Positions 1-10,804 of a stretch of 64,000 nucleotides of DNA are shown one piece after another. The position numbers and the translations under genes were made by a program. The DNA comes from an uncultured Acidobacteriota bacterium (lineage in GTDB: Bacteria; Acidobacteriota; Vicinamibacteria; Vicinamibacterales; SCN-69-37). The notes beneath the pieces are model-generated. The model did no database searches, had not been told where the DNA came from, and was given only the letters and a program-made list of their open reading frames with translations. The stretch is from assembly GCA_963816795.1 (NCBI GenBank), contig CAWFLT010000007.1:5877-69876 (forward strand). The letters run 5' to 3'. Positions within the stretch are counted from its first letter, which is position 1. Each line of letters starts with the position of its first letter.

Positions 1-1766
1 CCCCCACCTTGTACGTGGGTCTGCGTGCGGGGTATTTCACGAACAATCGCCTGACGGAGAACGTGATCGAGCAGCCGCTGTTCGTCTTCATGAGGTCCAA
101 CATCGGCTATCTGGACGTGCCCGTGTCGCTTCAGCAGGTGGGTGGGTTCCAGACGGATCTGTCGAACGACGTCAGCCGGATCGATCGGCAGTCGCGCGTC
201 AATGCACAAGCCGACGCGACCTACTTCGGGACCCTGGCCGGGCGACACGCGCTCAAGGCAGGCCTGCAGATCGACCGACGCAGCAACGACGTGGACAAGG
301 GCATGAGCGCCAACCGCATCAACCTGTTCTGGGACGCCGCGATCGCCGGTCAACGGGGTCGCTACGGCTACTACCGCGTGGCCAGCAATCCAATCGAACC
401 CAAACGCGGCCAGCTCACGTTCGGCGAGGTGAGCGACACGACCGTTGGCCTCTTCCTGCAGGACGCGTGGGCCGTCTCCAACCGGCTGACCGTCAACGTG
501 GGCCTGCGGACGGAGAACGAGACCGTGCCGTTCTACAGCTCGGCAGGGGTGGCGGGCGTCGAGCCGATCCACTTCTCGTTCGGCAACAAGCTGGCCCCGA
601 GAGCGGGGGCCGCATGGGACGTCGCTGGTGACGGCCGGTGGAAGGTGCATGGCAGCTGGGGTGTCTTCTACGACATCTTCAAGCTGTCGATGCCCCAGTC
701 CGCATTCGGAGGCCTCAGGTTCACCATCTACTCCTTCAATCTCGAGACATACGACTGGCCGAGCCTGGTCAGCAGCCCCGATTGTCCTCCGGCGTGTCCC
801 GGTGGCCAGGCGCGGGTTCCGCTGCAGTTCGACCCCTCGTTCGGGAACATCGACCCGGATCTCGAGCCCATGCGGTTGCAGGAGCTGACGCTCGGAATCG
901 AGCACCAACTGTCGCCGCATGTCGCGGTCTCGGTGCGGTTCGTTCACAAACAGCTCGACAAGGCCGTCGAGGATATCGGAGCGGTCGATCAGGATGGGGT
1001 CGCGACATACGTGATCGGCAACCCCGGGTACCACCGCGCGATCGAGGCGATTCCCGGTGTTCCCTACCCCAAGGCCGTTCGCGACTACGATGCCGTGGAG
1101 CTGGTCGGGCGGAAGCTGCTGGATCGCAACTGGGCGCTCACGGCGAGCTACGTGTGGAGCCGTTTGTACGGCAACTACTCGGGGCTCTCGGAATCCGACG
1201 AGAACGGGCGCACCGATCCGAACATCGGGATGACCTTCGACGCTCCGCTGGCGCTGTTCGCTGGCGACGGTCGCGCGCTCTACGGGCGGCTGGCCACGGA
1301 CCGCCCGCACCAGGCCAAGGCGCAGCTGGTCTACACCGCACCGTTCGGGGTCAACGTCGGCCTCTTCCAGTCGGTGGCCAGCGGGCTGCCAGTGAGCCGG
1401 TGGGCCGTGTTGTCGCCGGGCATCGCTCCGGTCTTCTACGCGGGCCGGGGCAGCGATGGCCGCACGCCGGTGCTGTCGCAGACCGATCTCAGCGTCCAAT
1501 ACGTGGCGGCCCTCGGCGGACGCAGGCGGCTGACTCTCGGACTGAATGTGCTCAACCTGTTCAACCAGGCCAAGGGTGTGGGGCGCTTCAGCTCCGAGAC
1601 CGACCAGGGCGCCCAGGTCAGGGTCGATGAGGCCGACTACTACGCAGGACGGGTCGATGTGGGCGCGGCCATCGACGACCAGAAGTTGCGCGATCCCCGG
1701 TTCCTCAAGTACGGGTCCTTCCAGGAGCCCATCAAGGCCCGGGTCATGGTCAGGTTCAGTTTCTAG
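1..1766 (+). CDS. TonB-dependent outer-membrane receptor, C-terminal beta-barrel portion (5' end outside the window)
   Basis: The frame is open from the window edge (track ORF 9..1766). It shows a long alternating beta-strand pattern, an LNVLNLFNQ motif and a terminal ...KARVMVRFSF aromatic residue typical of TonB-dependent barrels. Confidence 0.7.
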   Translation, partial: PTLYVGLRAGYFTNNRLTENVIEQPLFVFMRSNIGYLDVPVSLQQVGGFQTDLSNDVSRIDRQSRVNAQADATYFGTLAGRHALKAGLQIDRRSNDVDKGMSANRINLFWDAAIAGQRGRYGYYRVASNPIEPKRGQLTFGEVSDTTVGLFLQDAWAVSNRLTVNVGLRTENETVPFYSSAGVAGVEPIHFSFGNKLAPRAGAAWDVAGDGRWKVHGSWGVFYDIFKLSMPQSAFGGLRFTIYSFNLETYDWPSLVSSPDCPPACPGGQARVPLQFDPSFGNIDPDLEPMRLQELTLGIEHQLSPHVAVSVRFVHKQLDKAVEDIGAVDQDGVATYVIGNPGYHRAIEAIPGVPYPKAVRDYDAVELVGRKLLDRNWALTASYVWSRLYGNYSGLSESDENGRTDPNIGMTFDAPLALFAGDGRALYGRLATDRPHQAKAQLVYTAPFGVNVGLFQSVASGLPVSRWAVLSPGIAPVFYAGRGSDGRTPVLSQTDLSVQYVAALGGRRRLTLGLNVLNLFNQAKGVGRFSSETDQGAQVRVDEADYYAGRVDVGAAIDDQKLRDPRFLKYGSFQEPIKARVMVRFSF

Positions 1767-1810
1767 ACACCACGGCGGCGCTTCCACAGCGGCCGCTCGA
1801 TCCGCCACGA

Positions 1811-4021
1811 CTATCGAAAGTTCTCGATCATCATCAAGTCGGCCCCGGAACTGACAGTCCGACTGTAGAGGATGGTCTTGCCATCCGGCGAGACGGCGAA
1901 GCCTGCCGTTAAGAGACCAACGTGATACTGCTCCAGCTTCCCGACTTCGCGGTCCTTGCCGGTGCCGGGATCCATCACGCGTACGGACGTCTGGCCGGGC
2001 GCAAAGCCGGCAGAACACGGCACGTAATAGATGCCGCTGTCGGTCACTGCCACCGCGGTGCCGATCACGCACGCGATCAGTGTGGCGGGTGCGCCCCCGG
2101 CAAGTGGCTGTGCCATCACCGGCGAGGTGCGCAGCGCCGGTTGATACAACAGCGTCTTCCTGTCGGCCGACTCGCGCCCCACGTACCCGCCGCCGCCGTG
2201 CGTGACTTGCTCCATCGACCCCTTGCGCACCCGCGTCCGCCAGATGTCGCGCTGCCAGAAGTCGCGCGCATTCGCCTGTTTCCACGAGAAATAGATCCAG
2301 TCGCCGTCGTGCGACCACGTCGGCATGTTCTGGTCGCCAGGCTCCGCAGTGATCTGCTGCTGCATACCGCTCTGGATGTCGACTGTCCAGATATGCCAGC
2401 TACCGTCCGCCGCCCGCGACTCGAACGCGATCTCCCGGCCGTCGGGTGACCATGCGGGCGAACCCTGCCATCGCCCCGGGCCATGGGTCAGCTGCGCTGG
2501 TTCCGACCCGTCCGCACCGGCGATCCAGACTTCTACCGCCTCGCCTGCCCGCGCCGAGGAGAAGGCAATTCGCCGGCCATCCGGAGAAAACTGCGGGCTC
2601 CCGTCGAACACCGAAGACCGTGCCACTGGCTGAGGCGATCGTCCCGGTTCGAACCGGTAGATATCGTCGTCATCGACGAGACGCGCAAAGACCAGGCGAT
2701 CGCCGCCAGGGGCGATCGAAGGAAACATCGCACCGGCGCCCGCCATTTCGATTCGTTCAGGCGGCCGCTGGCCATCCACTCCGACGCGCCACAGGTAGTT
2801 GACGCTCAGCTCTTCGGCGCCATAGATGAGGGACTTCCCATCTCTGCTCCAGGCAAGACCCAGGATCGTCGTGTCTGGAACCTGAGTCACTTGCCTGGGC
2901 GGCCCGACCGCAGCGAATGCCGAGTCCACGTCCAGAACGTTGACATGGCAGGCTGTGCGGATGCTCGGGCCCGCGCACGAGACATACGCGAGGCGACGGC
3001 CGTCAGGCGAAAACGTCGGCGTCCGGTCCGCTCCCGGTGGAGGCGGCTGCGTGAGGCGGCCGCGGCTCACCGCCCTGCACGGGTATCAGATAGAGGCCAT
3101 TGCTCGGGTGCGTCGCGTCGGGCGGGGCCGCCCGTCCGGCAACAAGGTAGCGATCGTCCGGAGACCACGCGGCTGGCACGGAGACGAGGAAGTCGCTGAC
3201 CTGCCGATCAGAACCCCCGAGCGACGACATCACCCGGACGTGACCCGAGAACGGGACCGGCCCACGACGAACGTACGCGATCTGCCTGCCGTCGGACGAC
3301 CACATGGGCGCCACGTCATCTGAGGGATCCGTCGTGAGCGGGTGAGGGTCGGATGATCCGACCACCTGAAGGTAAATGTCCCGGTTGGACTGTCCTTCGC
3401 CTGTCCACTCGAACAACACCTGGCGCCCATCCGACGAAAGCCTCCCAATCTCGGAGCCGCTCAATGCGGTGAGTTGGACCGTTCGCATCGCCGCCTCTGG
3501 CGCGGTCGCAGTTCGAGACGTGCGAAGCAGCCACAAACCGGCCAGCGTCAACATGACGATGCCTGTCACGCCAACGGCGATCCAGCGCAAATGCCACCGA
3601 TGAGACGTGGGCGTGTGAACCCCATTTGCGCCACTGGGTTCGAGACGCTCTCCGGGATGACGGGCGCGGTCATGGCTGCCGACCCCGGGACGATTTCCTT
3701 GACGCGTGCCATGAACCGGTAGCCGTGTCCCGGAACCGTCACGATGTATCGCGGCTGCTGCGCCGTCTCTCCGAGTGCCTTGCGGATCAGGAAGATCTGC
3801 TGCGTCAGGTTTCCTTCTTCAACGATGACATCGGGCCAGACGACTCGGAGCAGTTCGTCCTTTGTCACCACGCGATCGCGGTTGTCGACCAGGAGGACCA
3901 GCGTATCGAACGCTTTCGACATCAAGGGCACGGGCGTCCCGTCGCTGACCAGGAGGCGCATCTCCTGCAGCAGGGTGAATTTGTCGAACTCCCAGCTCGC
4001 ACCCGTGGGGACTCTGAGCAT
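1811..4021 (-). pseudogene. Membrane-anchored OmpR/CadC-type winged-helix regulator fused to a periplasmic TolB-like (PD40) beta-propeller; frame broken twice (or assembly indels)
   Basis: ORFs 3566..4021, 3003..3590 and 1811..3070 overlap head-to-tail and read as one protein. It has a wHTH (ELLRVVWPDVIVEEGNLTQQIFLIRKAL..VTVPGHGYRF), a TM helix (WIAVGVTGIVMLTLAGLWLL) and repeated PD40 motifs (SSDGRQIAY, SPDGRRLAY, SPDGRRIAF, SPDGREIAF). Frame switches are at approx 3598 and approx 3060 (..VQGGEPR | RLTQPPPPG..). Confidence 0.75.
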
Positions 4022-4494
4022 GACTTCCGAGACCGGATCTTACCGCCTGCCGCCATCACAGCCGTTCGCGGAGTGGAATTAATCGCTTTGCGAGGGCTTC
4101 TGAGGATTTCGTGAGACCCACGAACCGGCCGCGCAGCTCTCGAGACAATCGGCGAGTCGAGCCGCCGCGTTCATTCAGAGCGGAGGGAGACGGGCGCAGA
4201 TCATGTCTCACTCGATTCGCGTGAGAGTGTGCGTCGTTCGCTGCCTGGCGCGAAATGGAATCGTACGCCGCGATTTTTCTCGGCCTCCGACGGTTGATTG
4301 GGACCACCGGCGAATAGCCGTCGTGGCCCCGCTCCTGGCGCAAACATGTAGCTGTAGTACCTGGGCGTGAAGGTATAGAGGCTCAAGTACGGCGGGGTGG
4401 CCCCGCGCGGCACTCGCTCGTTTTCTAACCGGTGAACGGACTCCTTGAGTCGGGATAAAATCGCGCAATCTCAAAGATCGCCAGGGAGGGGACG

Positions 4495-5764
4495 ATGCGG
4501 GTATCCATGTCTTGCACGGCAATCTTGACGTGCGTGGTTATAGGCCACTCGCCGCCAGCTTTGGCACAAGTCGATCAACAGCGCGCCGAACAGGTACTTC
4601 AAGGAAGCACAGACTCTCTGCGAGCGCGACGCCGGCCGTCTCTGGGGCGTGTCGCTGTGCGGTCCGATGGTGATTGCGGACGCCGCCACCGGGACGATCG
4701 CCACGAGTCAGCCGGCGCCGGCTGGTGAGCGTCCCCGTGCGCTCGGCTTCGTGAACGCCCCGCTCCAGTGGGGCGGCGTCACGTGGTCCGCGTACGACTG
4801 GCAGTCAATCCCCAAGGATGATCAGGGGCAGCGCGGACGGCTGTTCATGCACGAGCTGTTTCATTGCGTCCAGCCCCGCCTCGGGCTGATGGCTCCGGGC
4901 GCTGGCGAAAACATCCACCTCGATTCGCTGGAGGGCCGCTACTGGATGCGCCTCGAGTGGCGGGCCCTCGCGCGGGCGCTTGGCGCCTCTGGCGCGGCGC
5001 GCACGTCCGCCATTGCAGATGCGCTGGCGTTTCGCGCGGCGCGCCACCAGCGCTTTCCCGGCGCCGCGGCGCAGGAGCACGCCATCGACATCAACGAGGG
5101 GATCGCGACGTACACGCAATACGTGACCGGGTCGGACAGCGCGCAGGACGCGATCCGGCACGCCACGGCCACCCTGGCGGGCTCGGAGGCGAGCACATCT
5201 TTCGTCCGGACGTTCGCGTACGCGTCTGGTGCCGGCTACGGGCTGTTGCTCGACGCGTTGTCTCCGGGCTGGCATCGGAAGATCACAGCGGCGAGCGACT
5301 TGGGCCAGCTGCTCTCGGCAGCGGCTGGAGTGACTGCGGCGCCGGACGCTGCCGCCGGCGCTGCTGCGCGGTATGACGGCGCATCGCTGCGCGCTGACGA
5401 AGAGCAGCGCGATCGCGAGCAGCAGGCGATCATCGCCGAGTTACGGCGCCGCTATGTCGATGGACCAGTGCTCATCGTGCCAAGAGCCGGGAGCGGCAGC
5501 ATCAACACCATGGGTGCCACGGTCATTCCCGGCGCGGGCACGGTCTTCCGGACGATGGCGAACAAAGGCGCATGGGGATTTTTCGATGCGAAGGGCGGCG
5601 CGTTTGTTTCGGCCGACGGCGAGACGATATCGCTGCCGGCGCCGGTCGTCGTCGATGCGACGACGCTGAAGGGTGATGGCTGGACGGCGACCGTCGGTCC
5701 GGGGTGGACCGTGCAGCCGGGCCCACGACCGGGCGACTACAAAGTCGTCCGACAGCAGCCATGA
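4495..5764 (+). pseudogene. Secreted HExxH-motif protein (putative zinc metallopeptidase), apparent frameshift just after the signal peptide
   Basis: The main ORF 4649..5764 contains LFMHELFHCVQ (HExxH). Its frame is open upstream to 4544 without any start codon. ORF 4495.. in another frame has a GGGAGGGG Shine-Dalgarno and a signal peptide (MRVSMSCTAILTCVVIGHSPPALAQ). The two join plausibly near 4590. Confidence 0.55.
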
Positions 5765-5808
5765 GCGGCACTCGCTGCGTTCGTCGGTCCCTTCCAACCT
5801 GAGCTGCG

Positions 5809-8251
5809 TCACTCACTCCGCAGCGCGCTGATCACATCCACGCGCGCCGCCCGCGCCGCCGGCGTGACCGACGCCACAATCGCGGCCGCGATCAACACGC
5901 CCGCGGCCGCGGCAATCGGCACCACGCCGGGCATCTGCATGCCGGAGACGAAGCTGCCGGCGAAGCGCGCGAGCAACCATCCGCCGGCCGCGCCGGCGAC
6001 GATGCCGGTGACGCCGATGGTCGCGCCCTCGCGGAGGACGCGGGTGAGCAGATGTCGCGGCGTCGATCCAAGCGCGAGCCGCACGCCGAACTCGCGCGTG
6101 CGCGCGCTCACCGAGAACGCAAGCACGCCGGCCACGCCGACCACCGCGATGAGCAGCGCGACGCCCGCGAAGCCGCTGAAGACCAGCGCGTTCACGCGGT
6201 TCGGCGACAGAATCTCCGATCGGATGTCGTCGAGCGTCGCGGCACGCTCCACGGGCTGATCGCTCGCCAGCTCGCGGATGATCTTCGTCACGGGCGTCAC
6301 GAGCGTGTACGGATCGACCTTCGCGTGGATGAACAGCCGCCCGCCGAACATCTCCTGGTCCAGCGGGTGGTAGACCGTCATCGCCGGCTCCGGCACGAGG
6401 TTCTCGTCGTCGATGTCCGCCGCCACGCCGATGATGCGCCGCGGCTCGGTGCTGATGCCGATGAACTTGATCACCGGATCGGTCCACATGAGCTTGCGAT
6501 TGACCGCGTCGAGACTCGGGAACATCCGCTTCGCGACGCTCTCGCTGATGATGACGACCCTCTCGCCGTCGCGCCGGTCGCTCTCGTTGAACTCGCGACC
6601 CGCGATCATCCGCACGCCGAGCGCTTCGAAGAAGCCCGGCGAGATCGTGCGGAACCGGGCCCGCGGATCCTCCTCGCCGTTCGCGCGCTGGTATCCCTCG
6701 GCCGTGAACTGCGCGGCGAAGAACCCGGGATCACGCCACGGCACGACGGTGCCGAGCGCCACACGGTCCACGCCGGGAACCTGCGAGATCCGGCGGATGG
6801 CTTCCTTGTAGAAGCCGGCGATCTCTTCCGGCTTCCGCTCGTACGACACGACGGGCACGTTGATCGCCAGCACGTTCCCGCGGAATCCCGTCTGCTGTTT
6901 CTGCAGCGCGAAGAGTGTCGTGATGAGCATCCCCGCGCCGGCGACCAGCACGAACGACGCCGCGATCTGCGTGATGGCGAACGCGCGCAAACGACGGTTC
7001 GTGCCCGATGTGAGCCGGAGACTGCGGCCGCCGAGGCCCATGCCGTTCGTGGCCGATGACGAGGGCAGCCGCGGGATGAAGGCGAGGATCACGGCGACAG
7101 CGAGCGCCAGGCCGCCGCCGACCCAGAGCAGCGTCGCATCCACGGTGACGTCGTGCGCGCGAACCGAGAATCTCGCTGCGTAACTCGCGAGCACGGCCAC
7201 GGCGGGCTGGGCCACCGCGATGGCGAGGATCGCGCCGGCGCCGCAGAGCACCAGACTCTCGGCCAGAAGGGTCCGCCGCAGCGCGCCCGTGGTCGCGCCG
7301 AGCGCCGCGCGAACGGCCAACTCACTCTCGCGACGCACCGATCGCGCCAGAATCAGATTCGCGACGTTCGAGCACGCGACGATGAAGACGAGGCCGGAGG
7401 CGGCGAGCAGAATCCACAGAATCGTGCGCGCCGGCGAGATGATCTCGTCACGCAACGTCCTCGCTTCGATGCCGAACCGTGCCTGCGACTGGATACGCCT
7501 CGGGATGCGCGGTCACCATCGTGCGATGCACGGTCTCGAGTTCCACGCGCGCCTGCTCGAGCGTGGCGCCCGGCGCCAGACGCCCGAACAGCTCGGTCAT
7601 CCGATGCACGCGTCCCTCGACCATCGTCGCGTCCAGGTGATGCGGACTCGTGACGACGTTCGCGATGATCTCGGTCTCCTGCGGATAGGGAACCGACGGC
7701 TCCAGGACGCCGACGACCGTCGCGGGCCGGTCGCTCAGGGTGATCTTCTTGCCGATGACGCCTTCGTCGCCCTTGAACGCGCTCATCCAGAAGCGATACG
7801 TCAGCACCGCCGCGCCGTCCGCGTTCTTGCCGTCGTCGGGCGGGCCGAGCAGCCGGCCTTTGACGGCGCGGAGTCCCATCACCTCGAAGTACGAGCCGCC
7901 GACGACGCCGGCGCGCACTGAACGCGGTTCGCCCAGGCCGAGCATCGTGAACTCGACGGTCGAGAAATCGCCGAAGGCGCTCAGGGTCTTGACGCCGCGC
8001 TGAAGGTCCTTGAGCTCAGGGACCGAGAAGTTGGCGTTGTCCGTGCCGGCGCCTCGCGCCGTCTGCCGGATGTAGATGAGGCGGTCCTGGTCGCGATTGA
8101 CCAGCGGCCGGAGCAGCACGCCCCGGACGACGCTGAAGATGGCGGCGTTGGCGCCAATCCCCAGTGCCAGGGTCAGGACGACGGTGATCGCCAGGCCCTT
8201 GGCCCGGCCGAGCGATCGGAGCGCGAATCTGAGGTCAGTGAGCAGCTGCAT
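5809..8251 (-). pseudogene. ADOP-type duplicated MacB/FtsX ABC permease, one frame break
   Basis: The N-terminal ORF 7448..8287 (MQLLTDLRFALRSLGRAKGLAITVVLTLALGIGANAAIFSVV) and the C-terminal ORF 5809..7455 (..LVFIVACSNVANLILARSVRRESELAVRAALGA..ISALRSE) are consecutive parts of one permease. The frame switches near 7478 (..YPVAGT | FGIEARTLRDEII..). Confidence 0.8.
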
Positions 8252-8362
8252 ATCTTTACGTCGATCCAGACAGGCAAATTTCGACATTAGAAGCCGGGAG
8301 GACCAAAAAAACCAAGAACCCTTCTGGCCTCGCCTATCACCCTGGGCATCCGGAGCAAACGT

Positions 8363-9430
8363 CTACTTCCAACTCTCGCGCAGGAATCTGACGAAGTTGC
8401 CGTGCGCGATGGCCGCGACGTCTTCGTCGCGGTAGCCGCGCGCGGCCAGGATCGCCGGAAGACGGGACAGATCGGCGATGGTCTGGACGTCGGCAGGACA
8501 CTGTTCGCGGCCGAAGCCGCCGTCGAGGTCGGAGCCGATCATCGAATGCCGGGCGTTGCCGGCGATCTGACAGACGTGATCGATGTGATCGACGACGGTC
8601 TCGAGCGTGACGCCGGCGGCCTCCGGCGTCGATGCTCCCCGGACCCACCCGGGGGCGAGCATCCAGGCGTCGAAGGCCGCGCCGATGACGGCGCCCCGCT
8701 GAATGAGCTCGCGGATCTGCTCGTCCGAAAACTGGCGATGGTGCGGCACGAGCGCGCGACAGTTGGAGTGACTGGCCCAGACCGCCCCGCGAAAGTGATC
8801 CAGGGCGTCGCGGAAGCTCTCGTCGCACAGATGCGTCGCATCCAGGATCATTCCCAGCCGCTCCATTTCGCGCAACAGCTCGCGGCCCCGCACGCCGAGA
8901 TCTCCAGACGCGTCCGTCCCTTGCGCGTAGACGCCCGGCCCATAGTGGCCGGGACCGACGGCCCGGAGGCCGTCGGCATACGCCCGCTCGAGGTGCGCGA
9001 GCGTGACGAGTGAGTCAGCGCCTTCGAGACTCAGGATGTAGCCGATGGGCCGGTCGGCCGCGCCGGACGGCTCCCGCGCGTCGAGGTGGCGATCGAGGGC
9101 GGCGCGATCCCGAATCTGCACGAGCTCGCCGCGCGCTTCCATCGCGCGATACCACGCGAGCTGGCCCTGCGTCATCGCCCACGCCTGCTCCTGCGACCGC
9201 CAGCCCGGGAGCGGGTTGTCCGCGGCGACGTACCGCGCGATCTGCGTGGCGACGCACAGCTCGACACGGCCCCGGCGCATTTCGGCGAAGGACAGGGTTC
9301 CACGGCCGCGATCGGGCTTGTCCGTGAGCAGCCGCTCCCGCGCGCGGATTTCGTCGATGGGCCGCGTCAGATCGCGGTTCCACTCGAGCGCATTCATCGA
9401 GAGGTCGAGGTGCGCGTCGACGATGAACAT
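8363..9430 (-). CDS. Membrane dipeptidase family (peptidase M19-like) protein
   Basis: The real start is MFIVDAHLDLSMNAL.. at 9430. The C-terminal part (GSDLDGGFGREQCPADVQTIADLSRLPAILAARGYRDEDVAAIAHGNFVRFL) resembles the renal-dipeptidase family. The upstream 160 codons of track ORF 8363..9913 are Arg-rich out-of-frame overlap with the GntP gene. Its ATG overlaps the GntP stop (TGATG). Confidence 0.75.
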   Translation of the reverse strand: MFIVDAHLDLSMNALEWNRDLTRPIDEIRARERLLTDKPDRGRGTLSFAEMRRGRVELCVATQIARYVAADNPLPGWRSQEQAWAMTQGQLAWYRAMEARGELVQIRDRAALDRHLDAREPSGAADRPIGYILSLEGADSLVTLAHLERAYADGLRAVGPGHYGPGVYAQGTDASGDLGVRGRELLREMERLGMILDATHLCDESFRDALDHFRGAVWASHSNCRALVPHHRQFSDEQIRELIQRGAVIGAAFDAWMLAPGWVRGASTPEAAGVTLETVVDHIDHVCQIAGNARHSMIGSDLDGGFGREQCPADVQTIADLSRLPAILAARGYRDEDVAAIAHGNFVRFLRESWK

Positions 9431-10776
9431 CAGCCCGCGACCAACGCCAGGAGCAGCACGCCGGCCAGGCCGGCGACCGAGATGATGGTCTCCATGACCG
9501 TCCACGTGGCGACCGTCTGCCGAACGCTCATGCTGAAGTACTCCTTGACCAGCCAGAAGCCCCCGTCGTTGACGTGCGAGGCGATCAGCGAACCGGCGCC
9601 AATCGCGACGACGAGCAAGTCCCGATTGACGCCCGGCGCCGCGGCGATCACCGGCGCCATGATGCTCGCGGTCGTCACGCACGCGACCGTGGCGGAACCG
9701 ACCGACAGCCGCAGCAGCGCCGCGATCAGCCAGCCGAACACGAGGGGGGAGAGCGTCAGTCCGCCCATGACCTGCGCAATCGCCGTGTCGACGCCCGCCG
9801 TGTCGAGCACGCGGCCAAACCCGCCGCCGGCGCCGACGACGAGCAGCACGCCGGCGATGGGCGGCAGCGACTCTTCCGCGAACCGCAACAGGCGGGCGCG
9901 ATCGAAGCCGCACGCGCGGCCGAAGGCCCGCATGGCGAAGACCGTCGTGACCAGCAGCGCGACGAGGGGGCTGCCCGCAAGCCCGAGCCCTCGCCGCAGG
10001 CCGCCCTCCGGCAGGATCGCCTGCGCCAGCGCCGCGAGCATCATCAGCCCGACCGGGAGCAGGATCGTGAAGAGGGTGATGAAGAGCGACGGCGCGCGCG
10101 CCGTCGTCCGCGTCGCGGTGAGCTGGTGCGCAAGCGCACCGAGATCCACGTGAACCCGGCGGCTCACGAAGCGGCCATAGACCGGACCTGCGACGATCGC
10201 GATCGGCAGACCGACGACGATCGAGTAGAACAGCGTGCGGCCCGTGTCGGCGCCGAGCCGCTCGATGGCGGCCAGGGGGCCGGGGTGCGGCGGCACCAGG
10301 CCGTGCGCCGCGGACAGCCCGGCCAGCAGCGGGATGCCGAGCCGAATCAGCGGCGTCCCGGTCTGACGGGCCAGCGTGAACAGCACCGGCGCGAGCAGCA
10401 CCAGGCCCACCTGGAAGAACACCGGCAGGCCGATGATGAACGCCGACAACACGACCGCCCAGTCCAGCCGGCGCTCACCCAGCGCGCCGGTCAATGCCCG
10501 TGACACCACTTCCGCGCCACCCGACTCAGCCAGCAGCTTGCCGATGATCGTCCCGAGCGCGATGACCATCGCGACGAACCCCAGGGTGTCGCCAACGCCC
10601 TGCTGAAAGGCGCGGGGGATGTCGGCGAGCGGCATCCGCGCCGAGAGACCGACCACGAGCGATCCAACCGCCAGGGCGATGAACGCCGGAAGCCGAACCC
10701 AGGTGATGAGGATCACCACCAGCGCCACACCAAGCGCCGTGACGACGAGCAGCGTGACGGGATCGGGAACGCCCAC
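9430..10776 (-). CDS. GntP-family (gluconate:H+ symporter-like) permease
   Basis: The polytopic membrane protein has GntP-like blocks (LGFVAMVIALGTIIGKLLAESGGAEVV.., GLPVFFQVGLVLLAPVLF, AAHGLVPPHPGP). I chose the GTG start at 10776, just downstream of the ADOP stop at 10805. The longer track ORF to 11187 overlaps the ADOP C-terminus out of frame. Confidence 0.8.
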   Translation of the reverse strand: MGVPDPVTLLVVTALGVALVVILITWVRLPAFIALAVGSLVVGLSARMPLADIPRAFQQGVGDTLGFVAMVIALGTIIGKLLAESGGAEVVSRALTGALGERRLDWAVVLSAFIIGLPVFFQVGLVLLAPVLFTLARQTGTPLIRLGIPLLAGLSAAHGLVPPHPGPLAAIERLGADTGRTLFYSIVVGLPIAIVAGPVYGRFVSRRVHVDLGALAHQLTATRTTARAPSLFITLFTILLPVGLMMLAALAQAILPEGGLRRGLGLAGSPLVALLVTTVFAMRAFGRACGFDRARLLRFAEESLPPIAGVLLVVGAGGGFGRVLDTAGVDTAIAQVMGGLTLSPLVFGWLIAALLRLSVGSATVACVTTASIMAPVIAAAPGVNRDLLVVAIGAGSLIASHVNDGGFWLVKEYFSMSVRQTVATWTVMETIISVAGLAGVLLLALVAG

Positions 10777-10804
10777 GCGCGGTGAGCTTACCTTGCCGGG
10801 CGGC

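Noticed and set aside
4022-4494. The 470-bp lower-GC divergent intergenic region as a possible ncRNA or riboswitch.
   Set aside because: I could not recognise any conserved riboswitch core or convincing structure by eye. It is most simply two divergent promoters.
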